Assembly: GCA_964486455.1 (NCBI GenBank)
Contig: CAZAMP010000025.1
Span: forward strand, 26-64,025
DNA from: an uncultured bacterium
GTDB lineage: Bacteria > Eisenbacteria > RBG-16-71-46 > CAZAMP01
Length of the DNA stretch: 64,000 nt
Reading direction: 5' to 3'
A model generated the notes under the pieces. It did no database searches. It was not told where the DNA came from and saw only the letters and a program-made list of their open reading frames with translations. Positions 7,937-16,388 of this stretch are shown here, piece after piece; within the stretch, counting starts at the first letter, position 1; every line of letters starts with the position of its first letter. A program made the translations under genes and the position numbers.

Positions 7937-10158
7937 TCGAACGGCGCGATTTCCTGAAATGCTGTGCCGGATGCGCGGCGGCGATCGCGATCGACGGGCT
8001 GCATCATTCCGGTGTTCGAGCGGCGCCCGTCGACGAGTGGACCCGCAGCGTCTGCGATCTCTGCGGTCTGGGCGAGCCGGTCTTCATCGGAACCCGAGAG
8101 GGCAAACCCGCGGCGGTGAAAGGAATCCCGAATTCGACGATCGGATTCGGCCGACTCTGCCCGCGCTCACAAGCGCTTTGGTCGGGCGGACTCGGCGAGC
8201 AGCGCGCGCTTCAGCCGCTGATCCGGCGCGACCCCGCCACCAAAGGAACGCTGGAAGGCCTCATGCCGGCGACCTGGGACGAAGCGCTCCAGGCCGCGGC
8301 GGGGGGGCTCGCGCGCGTTCGCGAGCGCCTCGGCCCGAGCGGCCTGGCGTTCTTCGCTTCCGACGGGGAAACGAACGAGACGTATCACCTTCTGTCGAAG
8401 GTCGCGCGGGGAGTGTTCGGGACCGATCACGTCGACACGCCCGCCCGCCTCGACGCGTTCGGTGCCGCTGATGCGTGTCTCGACGTGTTCGGCGTTCCCG
8501 GCAACGCCGCATCTCTGGAGGATGTCGATGCGGCATCGCTGATCATCCTCGTCGGCGGCGACGTGGCCGACAGCCACCCGGCGCTCTTCACCCGTGTGCT
8601 GGATGCGCGCCGAAACGGCCGGGCAAACGTCGTCGTGATCGACGCACGGAAGACCCTCGCGGCCGGTGCGGCGGACCTTCACCTGCGCCCGATGCCGGGC
8701 GGCGAGCTAGCAATCGTGAACGCGCTGGCCCGCGCGCTGCTCGCCGAAGCGCGGATCGAGCGGCTTCGGGCCACCGACCGCATTCGGCATCAGATCGAGC
8801 CGCTGGAGGCTCTCTGGAACGAGGCACGCTCGGTGACCACCATCGTGGGGCCGACCGTTCTCGCGTCGCGCTCCGGCTCTGTGTTCGCGCGCGCCGTGGC
8901 ACAGCTCCATCGGGCCACCGGCCAGTGGGGTCGTCCCGGCACCGGATGTCTCTTCCTGCCGAAGGGCGCAAACGCCTCGGGCGTGGTGACGCTCGGAATC
9001 GCCCCCGGTCGGCTCCCGGGCCTGCGATCACTGACCGATGCGGACGAGCGTGAGCGCGTGGCCACCTGGTGGGATGTCGAGCCCGAGCGCATGCCGAGGA
9101 GCGTGGGTCTTCCGGCCACATCTTGGCCGCGCGCGATCGAGAACGGCGACATCGGCGCCATGATCGTGCTCCGGGCCAACCCGGCGGTCGAGATGCCAAA
9201 CGCGTCGGCCTGGCGCGAGGCGCTACGGAGCGCCTTCGTCGTCTCGGCCGCGACGCACTCCCCGAGCGAGACCGGAGTCTACGCGGACGTCGTGCTTCCG
9301 CTCGCGCTGGTCACAGGAGAATCGGACGGAACGATGATGACGCTCGAAAGGCGTTGCCAGCTCCTCGAGCGAGCTGCCGATCCGCCCGGTGAAGCCCGAT
9401 CGGCTTCCGAGGTTCTCGTGGCGCTCGCGCGCGGAAACCTCGACGCAACGTCCCACGACCAGATCCTCGGGCGATACCAGGCCGGGCCGCACGTCGCGTG
9501 GGGCGAGTGGCAAGCGCTGTCTCGGGGCACGGAGTGCGACGCGAGCGGGATCACGATCACGCGCCTTCGCGAGACCCTGGGAATCAAGTGGCCGTGTCCG
9601 GCGGAGAACGACCCCGGGCTGGAACGCATCGGACCCGAATCCGGCATGGCGGTCCGCGCGGCGGCCGACGGCTCGGTGCTGGCACCCCCGACCATCGCCT
9701 CGGCTAAACCGTTCGTGGAGACGTCAGTCCCCACCGACCTGCCCCGCGCCGACGACGTGCGTCCGTTTCTTCTCGTGGGCGGGCCCATTCGTGAGCACTT
9801 CCGATCGCGCATGCGCACCGGGCGCTGTGATGAGCTTCACTACGAAGCCCCCGTCGCACGCATCGAGATGAATCCGGCCGACGGCAGCGAGCTTGGGATT
9901 CCCGACGGAGAATGGGTTACGCTCGAGTCGGAGACCGGTAGACTCACCGCGCGCGTGTGGCTCACCGACCGCTCCCCGCGCCGCATGCTCTTCATACCCG
10001 AACACTTCGGCTTTCTCTCGGACACACAAGGTGGCAGCGATACGGTGAAGGAACCGGAAGGGCTCTTCCAGCTCGTGGCGTCGGACGGGCCTGTCGTCGC
10101 CGTGCAGGCGCGGAAAGCCAGACGGCGCGACATGCGCCGCCGGGGGCTTTCAGGCTAG
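7933..10158 (+). CDS. Tat-exported NapA/NasA-like molybdopterin-family protein with divergent cofactor ligands
   Basis: RRDFLK; CDLCGLGE...LCPRS; ATWDEAL; GTDHVDTPARLD; ADVVLP; C-terminal molydopterin-binding domain (IEMNPADG). Confidence 0.8.
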   Translation: MIERRDFLKCCAGCAAAIAIDGLHHSGVRAAPVDEWTRSVCDLCGLGEPVFIGTREGKPAAVKGIPNSTIGFGRLCPRSQALWSGGLGEQRALQPLIRRDPATKGTLEGLMPATWDEALQAAAGGLARVRERLGPSGLAFFASDGETNETYHLLSKVARGVFGTDHVDTPARLDAFGAADACLDVFGVPGNAASLEDVDAASLIILVGGDVADSHPALFTRVLDARRNGRANVVVIDARKTLAAGAADLHLRPMPGGELAIVNALARALLAEARIERLRATDRIRHQIEPLEALWNEARSVTTIVGPTVLASRSGSVFARAVAQLHRATGQWGRPGTGCLFLPKGANASGVVTLGIAPGRLPGLRSLTDADERERVATWWDVEPERMPRSVGLPATSWPRAIENGDIGAMIVLRANPAVEMPNASAWREALRSAFVVSAATHSPSETGVYADVVLPLALVTGESDGTMMTLERRCQLLERAADPPGEARSASEVLVALARGNLDATSHDQILGRYQAGPHVAWGEWQALSRGTECDASGITITRLRETLGIKWPCPAENDPGLERIGPESGMAVRAAADGSVLAPPTIASAKPFVETSVPTDLPRADDVRPFLLVGGPIREHFRSRMRTGRCDELHYEAPVARIEMNPADGSELGIPDGEWVTLESETGRLTARVWLTDRSPRRMLFIPEHFGFLSDTQGGSDTVKEPEGLFQLVASDGPVVAVQARKARRRDMRRRGLSG

Positions 10159-10402
10159 TCCGGCGCGACACGTTTCCGCCACCCGCACCGCAATCCCCTG
10201 CCCTCGCTTGGATTGCGTCCCGTGCTTCCCGTTCGGAGTCTCCGGAGGTAGAATCGATCATCGAGGCGACCAGGCAACCGCACAGCTCACATGGCGGTGG
10301 GCGGTTCGCCAAGCAGCTGCTCCGCTCCCCCCCGGTCACGCGTAACTCCCTGCGCCACATCTCCGCCGGCGGGCCGCCCGCTCCCGACAAGGAGGCCAGG
10401 CG

Positions 10403-12367
10403 ATGCGTATCCTCTCCGTGCTCCTCTGCCTTTCCGCCGTCATATTCGCCGCATCCGCGGGCGCACGCACGTGGCACGTTCCCGGTAACGCCCCCACGAT
10501 CCAGGCGGGGATCGATTCCGCGTCGGCCGGCGACACCGTGCTCGTCGCGTGCGGGACGTACTACGAGCATGACATCGAAACGAAGTCACAGGTGTGTCTA
10601 CGAAGCGAGACGGGGCAGGCGGATTGCGTGACGATCGATGCTCAGCAGCTGGGTAGTGTTCTTCGGTCCACGTACTACTCGGGGCCAACGACCTTAGAAG
10701 GACTGACCCTCACAGGCGGCGATGCGAATATCGGCGGCGGGTTCTATTGCACGAGCTATGAGATCACCGTCTCGAATTGCGTATTCACCGATAACTCGGC
10801 GTGGGGCGGGGGCGGTATGTGGTCCACGGGCGGAGTTACGTTCATCGACTGCGTCTTCTCCGACAACACCGCCTCGATCGGTGGTGGAATCGCCAACCAA
10901 GAGGCCACGCTTTCACTCAACGGGTGCCTCTTCACGAACAACTCGGCCGCACGAGGCGGCGGTGTCTATCTGTGGGGATTTACATGGCCCAGCATCAATC
11001 ACTGTTCCTTCGTGGGAAACTCGGCGGCGACAAGCGGCGGTGGCGTCTTCGGCGAGTTCGAGGTCCAGGGCTCATTCACCCACTGCACGTTCTTCGCCAA
11101 CTCCTCACCGACAGGCGGCGGCATCATGCTGGAAGGCAGCTCGTTGCTTCACCTCGACAACACGATCATCGCGTTCTGTCCGGAGGGTGAGGCCGTGGGA
11201 TTCGGCGAGAACTACAGAACCGACGTTACTTTCGCGTGCTCCGACATCTTCGGCAACGTCGGCGGTGACTGGGTAGGCGGCGGTTTGCCGGGACAATACG
11301 GCGTCGACGGCAACATCTCCGCGGATCCCCAGTTCTGCGACGCTGCCGGGGGCGATCTGTATCTGTCATCGACCTCTCCCTGTCTCTACGATTCGTGTGG
11401 TCAGATCGGGGCCTTCGTACAGGGATGCCTGGGCGAGGCACCTCGGATAATGAGTATCCTCGACGTCGATAACGATCAGGGCCGGGCCGTGCGTCTCTCG
11501 TGGCAGCGCTCACGCTACGACGCCGGCGGAGATACTGTCGAGGTCACCGGCTACGGGATCTACCGGCGACAGAATCAGGCCGGGCGGCCGGGGAATGGGC
11601 GTGCGGAGGGCTGGGACTATATCGACACCGCCCCCGCCCGCGGCGATTCGCTCTACCAGTTCGTCGCTCCGACGCTCTGCGACTCCACCGCCAGCGGTAT
11701 CTGTTGGTCGGCCTTCTTCGTGAGCGCGATGACGCCCGATCCGCTCGTCTACTTCGACTCGCCACCCGATAGCGGCTACTCGATCGACAACCTCGAACCG
11801 GGTCCCCCCCAGAACCTGAGATGGGAAACCGAGGCCATCCTCGCGTGGGATGAGGCGGAGGAAGAAGACTTCGACTACTTCTCGGTCTACGGCTCGGCGA
11901 GTGCGGAGTTCGGCGAGGACGCGGAGCTGATTCGGTACACCGTAGGAACGAACATGGACGTGTCGGAAACGATCCATCTGTTCTATCACGTGACGGCCAC
12001 CGACATGAACGGGAACGAGGGAGGTGCCGCGACCGTCGCGACCACCGTGGCCGTACCGGACGCGCTTGTTCCACGCGTGATCGCCCTCGGGCCGTGTCGG
12101 CCCAATCCGTTCAGCGCATCGACCACCCTCTCGCTCGATCTGCCGGAACCAGCGACTGTGACGTGTCGGGTCTTCGACGTCAGCGGCCGTCTCGTCCGCA
12201 CGGTGGCCGACGACCGAAGACCGGCAGGGCAGTATCGCCTGGTTTGGGACGGTGCCGATAGCCGAGGTTCGATCGTACCGGGTGTCTATTTCGTTCGGGT
12301 GGAGGCAGACCGGTTCACTGCCGTCCGAAGGGTCATTCTTCTGAATGGCACTGTGAGACGCCCGTAG
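10403..12367 (+). CDS. Secreted right-handed beta-helix protein with C-terminal FlgD-like domain
   Basis: Signal peptide; TIQAGID; repeated FxxNSA/GGG; NISADPQFC; PNPF...FDVSGRLVRT...WDG...GVYFVR. Confidence 0.85.
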   Translation: MRILSVLLCLSAVIFAASAGARTWHVPGNAPTIQAGIDSASAGDTVLVACGTYYEHDIETKSQVCLRSETGQADCVTIDAQQLGSVLRSTYYSGPTTLEGLTLTGGDANIGGGFYCTSYEITVSNCVFTDNSAWGGGGMWSTGGVTFIDCVFSDNTASIGGGIANQEATLSLNGCLFTNNSAARGGGVYLWGFTWPSINHCSFVGNSAATSGGGVFGEFEVQGSFTHCTFFANSSPTGGGIMLEGSSLLHLDNTIIAFCPEGEAVGFGENYRTDVTFACSDIFGNVGGDWVGGGLPGQYGVDGNISADPQFCDAAGGDLYLSSTSPCLYDSCGQIGAFVQGCLGEAPRIMSILDVDNDQGRAVRLSWQRSRYDAGGDTVEVTGYGIYRRQNQAGRPGNGRAEGWDYIDTAPARGDSLYQFVAPTLCDSTASGICWSAFFVSAMTPDPLVYFDSPPDSGYSIDNLEPGPPQNLRWETEAILAWDEAEEEDFDYFSVYGSASAEFGEDAELIRYTVGTNMDVSETIHLFYHVTATDMNGNEGGAATVATTVAVPDALVPRVIALGPCRPNPFSASTTLSLDLPEPATVTCRVFDVSGRLVRTVADDRRPAGQYRLVWDGADSRGSIVPGVYFVRVEADRFTAVRRVILLNGTVRRP

Positions 12368-12395
12368 TCAGAGCCACGCGGCGTCCGATTCGTGA

Positions 12396-14615
12396 CTAGC
12401 GGCCGCTCAGAACGGTGAAGCGGCCGCTTGCGATCGGACCCGCTTCGGGCACAACCTGCACGAAGTAGATCCCGGCGGACAGCCGCGTGCCATCCCAGCG
12501 GATCGTCACGGGTCCCACGCCGATCGACTCGGTGAAGGCGAGTACCCTTCGGCCGTTCACGTCGAAGATCTCGAATCGCGCTCGCCCCTGCGTTGCGCTC
12601 TGATAGCTGAATTCAAGCCGGCCGCCGGTTGGGTTTGGTGACACCCGAACGAGCTGCTTGTGTGACGAATCGATGAGATCTCCGGGACCCTGGCCGTCCA
12701 CCGAGTTGGTGTCGTCTCCACGACCCAAGAGAATGACGCTGCTCTCACCGCAGACGAGAAACCCATCGCCCGTCGACGCGACATCGCGGGGTCCATCCGC
12801 CCACGGGTACTCGACCTGCTCCCAGGTTAGTCCACCGTCTGCAGTCACCCAGACCCATTCATCGAACGGATTCGCGGTAACGCCGTGAAGCGAGTCGTAG
12901 AAATCAAGATACCAACCTTCATCCGGAATGGACTCCGTCCAGAGATCGCCGCCGTTCGTCGTACGGTAGATGCCGTTGCGCCCGACAACTACGGCCGTTG
13001 TCTCGCTCATCCAGTGCATATCGCGCACGTGCGAGGGATCCGGCAACCCCGTCGTGGAAACGGATGTCCAGAGCGCTCCACCGTCGACCGTCTTCCAGAT
13101 TCGCGGACTCCCCGATGAACTTCCTCCACCGGCGAAACCGACGTTCGTGTCGAGAAAACAGATCGCCTCCACGTCGTCGGCGCCGGGAATTCCCGTTCCC
13201 CGCTCTTCCCAGGTTTCCCCGCCGTCGGTGGAGTAGAAGATGAAGTGCTCGAGCACCTCGTCCCCCGTCGTCACCACGAAGCATGCGGTTTCTTCGGGAA
13301 CTGCAATGGCCTTGGCGTAGCCCATGTAGCCCGGTGCCAACTCATGGGAGATCCAGCTCTCTCCTCCGTCGGTCGTTCGTACGATGTTGCTGTGGCCCGG
13401 CGTCATGTACCCACCGGCCAAACCGAAGTCGTCGTTCAGGAATTCGATGCAGTAGACCAAGTTGACACCAGGCGTTGCCGCGGGGATCTCCCATGTCTCC
13501 CCACCATCGTCGCTCCTGAGCCAGCTCTGATCGCGCCCGCCGGCGAACGCCTTTCCACTCGGCAAAAGCGTCATCGCACGGAGATAGCTCCGTTCCCCGT
13601 CCTCAGGGCTGCGCGTGAAGTTCGTCCAACTCTGCCCCATGTCCACGCTTCGCAGAAGATCTCCATCGGAACTGCATACGACGAGCGCTCCGTCGGAAAG
13701 CATGTGGATGTCCGTGTAGCCCACGGTTCTAATCCTCCGATAGAGAATGTCCCAGTCCGGTCCATCGTTCTGCGTTTCCCATATCTCGGCGCCCTCGAGA
13801 TGCGTAATGACGAAGCGGCGCGACGCATCGATGAAGAGTGCTTCCTCTTGGTAGATGGGGCTCTCGAAGAAGTCGCCGTGCTTTTCGAACCAGGAGGCAC
13901 CACCATCCGTGGTCCGATACGTGGTGAAGTGTTCGAGCAGCCACCCGTTCTGTGAATCGAGGAATTGTATGTCGGTGAATGCCCCCGACTCCTGCACATC
14001 CGGGATCGGCTGCCACGTCTGGCCGCCGTCATCGGTCTGTCGCGCCACGTGCGAACCGACGACATATCCGTGCAGTTCATCCCACCAGAACTGGTCGTAG
14101 ATTTCTCTGTCAAACGGTGGCGGAAGAAGCGTCCACGTGAGTCCGCCGTCAATGGAGTGCAGAACGGCTCCGTGCCGCCCCACGACAGAGAGGGTGCCGC
14201 CCGGAATCTCCTCGATGTTGAAGAGTGGTCCCGTTGATGGGTTGGACACGGCGGACCAGCTCACACCACCGTCGTCGGACCGGAAGATCCCGGGGGGATC
14301 TCCGACGGCCAGCAGCTGTCCGGGACCCATGGAACGCACATCCCGGAGACCGGTTGTGAATGCGGGGAAGGAGGTCAAATCGATCCAGGTCTGACCGCCG
14401 TCATCGGTCCGCAGGACCGTCCCCTTGTCTCCGACGGCGTAGCCGGTGAGCGCATCCTCGAATGCCATGCCGTAGAGGCCGTTTCCTTGTGGTGTCGGGT
14501 TGGTCCACTCGAATGAGTAGTCGTTGGCAGGGAGACGTTGTGTCCACACGAAACACGTGGCGAGGGCGACGACCTGAGTACCGTAACGGAAACGATGGCA
14601 GCTCAATTCAGACAT
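12396..14615 (-). CDS. Secreted YCF48/BNR beta-propeller protein with T9SS/FlgD-like C-terminal domain
   Basis: More than 10 Asp-box repeats (TxDGGxTW); VSPNP...IFDVNGR...AGIYFVQV tail. Confidence 0.85.
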   Translation of the reverse strand: MSELSCHRFRYGTQVVALATCFVWTQRLPANDYSFEWTNPTPQGNGLYGMAFEDALTGYAVGDKGTVLRTDDGGQTWIDLTSFPAFTTGLRDVRSMGPGQLLAVGDPPGIFRSDDGGVSWSAVSNPSTGPLFNIEEIPGGTLSVVGRHGAVLHSIDGGLTWTLLPPPFDREIYDQFWWDELHGYVVGSHVARQTDDGGQTWQPIPDVQESGAFTDIQFLDSQNGWLLEHFTTYRTTDGGASWFEKHGDFFESPIYQEEALFIDASRRFVITHLEGAEIWETQNDGPDWDILYRRIRTVGYTDIHMLSDGALVVCSSDGDLLRSVDMGQSWTNFTRSPEDGERSYLRAMTLLPSGKAFAGGRDQSWLRSDDGGETWEIPAATPGVNLVYCIEFLNDDFGLAGGYMTPGHSNIVRTTDGGESWISHELAPGYMGYAKAIAVPEETACFVVTTGDEVLEHFIFYSTDGGETWEERGTGIPGADDVEAICFLDTNVGFAGGGSSSGSPRIWKTVDGGALWTSVSTTGLPDPSHVRDMHWMSETTAVVVGRNGIYRTTNGGDLWTESIPDEGWYLDFYDSLHGVTANPFDEWVWVTADGGLTWEQVEYPWADGPRDVASTGDGFLVCGESSVILLGRGDDTNSVDGQGPGDLIDSSHKQLVRVSPNPTGGRLEFSYQSATQGRARFEIFDVNGRRVLAFTESIGVGPVTIRWDGTRLSAGIYFVQVVPEAGPIASGRFTVLSGR

Positions 14616-14669
14616 GGGAGGCCCCCTCGTTGCCGGGACTTGCCCGCAGCGGTTGACGCAAATGGATGC

Positions 14670-14720
14670 CTCAATACATTATAAATAATATTCTAAATTA
14701 AGATACCCTAATAATCGACA
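14670..14720 (-). promoter_or_regulatory. AT-rich putative promoter of the propeller gene
   Basis: Strongly AT-rich island containing TATAAT on the minus strand (14679-14684), upstream of the start at 14615. Confidence 0.4.
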
Positions 14721-14973
14721 CTCATCAAGATCTCTGTATCGTATGCACGGATTCCAGGGTTGGGCTGGATATGCGCCCGCGTCAGCGGATCAGGTGCAGC
14801 CGTTCAACCTCTTGCCATCGAGGCACAACAGTGGATGGACTGTGTGAACGCCACAACCCAAGCGTCTCTGCCGCGAAGGGAACATCGAGCGTATCGGCTT
14901 CTATCGCAGGAGCTGGTGCAGTCCTCCTACCGATACGTCGCCTTGATCGCCCCCCAGCTTCCATAGAAAGCGG

Positions 14974-14979
14974 TGTCAA
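14974..14979 (-). promoter_or_regulatory. -35 box (TTGACA) of the circle-junction promoter; the -10 box CATCAT lies at 16523-16528
   Basis: Joining the element ends gives TTGACA-17 nt-CATCAT. Confidence 0.7.
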
Positions 14980-15059
14980 GACTAGACTCCCCCATTCGCC
15001 CAATGTCGCGCACATCGAACGCCCGCCCCACCGAGATTTCAGTCCTCCCAATGCGCGAG

Positions 15060-15340
15060 GCCGCCAACTGCTCCGACCATCCGATTCCAGTGTCCTCGAG
15101 CTTTTCGGTTCTCAAGCACCTGGGTCTTCACCTCGATGCGGTGAACCACGCTTCCATCTGGGCCTCAGGGGCCATTGCTTCGTTCGGTTCTGTGAGGGGG
15201 CATATTCTGCTTATCGGGCCTCCAGTTGAACTTGGGGCCAGCGGGGCGCCGGATGCTTCCCCTCGAACACTCTCCCGGAAAAGATCGTCGGACATTCGGA
15301 TCGTCGACAGTGAGTTCGCTTCCCCCCATCACCGGGGAAC
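15060..15340 (-). ncRNA. Candidate bridge/seek RNA of the IS110 element
   Basis: Stem-internal loop-hairpin at 15194-15264 whose two loop strands match the insertion target (6/7 and 8/9); ATGGAAG (15151-57) matches the donor junction 7/7. Boundaries approximate. Confidence 0.6.
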
Positions 15341-15344
15341 TCCG

Positions 15345-16388
15345 CTAAATACGATACTTCTCCGGGCTGTACTTCTCCTTTGCCTTCCACATCGCCAGCA
15401 CGATCGCCGCGATCTTCCGGGCAATCGTCAGCTTGGCAAGGTTCGGCTTCGTGCCATTCTCTAACAAGCGATCGTAATCATCCCGGAGCGGACTTGGTCC
15501 AGCAACGCCCACCACGTTCGTCGCTGCACCCTTGAAGATCATCTTCAGCATGCGATTGTGGCTCGTGTTCAGACCCCGCGTCTGAACCACTCGACCTTTC
15601 ACCCATCTCCCGTCTTCACGAACCCAGTCGGCGGAGGAGCGCGTGACGATTCCAAAGCCGCAGTAGCTCCAAAACTGACGTTTCGTTCGGAACCGGTGAG
15701 GCGTGATCACGATCGGCAACATCTGCGCCACCCGAACCGGTCCGAACCCGGGGGCGGTCCTAAGTGTGCGCGTAACCTTGTGCCGTTGCGACTCGCGGAC
15801 CATGGCCTCCTTCGCCTCAGCCTTGAGTTCCGTCAGAACATCCAGCTCTCGATTCAGTAGCTCCACCGCTCGACGAGTGGCCAGGGGAAGTAGACAGACC
15901 CGCTTCGATCTCTGATGAGGCGAGTACGTCGCCTGACCTGTGCTTGGTACGCCACGAGATCGGTAGAAACTCTTGAGACGATTCTTGGTACGCACGACAT
16001 CGCGCGTCACCATCGTATAGGTTCGAGCCAACTCCCGTAGAGCGCGGAACCGTCCGGGGTCTTTGTAGACCCCTCGACCAACCTTTCCCGTACGGATACG
16101 ATCAGCGAGGCCATGCGCATCAATCGCGTCGTTCTTCGAACCCGGCTTCCATTCAGCCCGAAACACCACCATCTCGGACACGTGAGGAGAGAGAATCTCA
16201 TACAACCATTGGCTCCACTCCCCCTCCTCGATGCACAAATGACGATTCCCCGCGATCTGGCGCACGTACTCGACCAGTGCCTCGCCATTCGTTTCAATGA
16301 CGTCGCGCCGAAGCTGCTTGCCAGCCACGTTCAGAACGCTGAACGTGCAGCTAGTGGCGTGAATATCGGCGCCAAGGTATCGTTCCAT
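15345..16388 (-). CDS. IS110-family recombinase/transposase
   Basis: YLGADIH, CIEE, KNDAIDA (DEDD); PGFGPV, RF..KRQFWSYCG, TRSS, IARK; RBS AAGGAGG. Confidence 0.95.
   Translation of the reverse strand: MERYLGADIHATSCTFSVLNVAGKQLRRDVIETNGEALVEYVRQIAGNRHLCIEEGEWSQWLYEILSPHVSEMVVFRAEWKPGSKNDAIDAHGLADRIRTGKVGRGVYKDPGRFRALRELARTYTMVTRDVVRTKNRLKSFYRSRGVPSTGQATYSPHQRSKRVCLLPLATRRAVELLNRELDVLTELKAEAKEAMVRESQRHKVTRTLRTAPGFGPVRVAQMLPIVITPHRFRTKRQFWSYCGFGIVTRSSADWVREDGRWVKGRVVQTRGLNTSHNRMLKMIFKGAATNVVGVAGPSPLRDDYDRLLENGTKPNLAKLTIARKIAAIVLAMWKAKEKYSPEKYRI

Noticed and set aside
7933-10158. Calling the gene napA or aioA
   Set aside because: The Mo-ligand Cys is absent, no napB/napD is present in the window, and the Fe-S spacing does not match AioA.
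12900-14450. Repeated TxDGGxTW-coding DNA as a CRISPR-like or tandem array
   Set aside because: Protein-level Asp-box repeats with divergent DNA; no cas genes.
14760-15464. Short ORFs within the IS 3' end and flank
   Set aside because: No protein-like signal apart from the SWGAIKATYR tail; the region is better explained as non-coding RNA.
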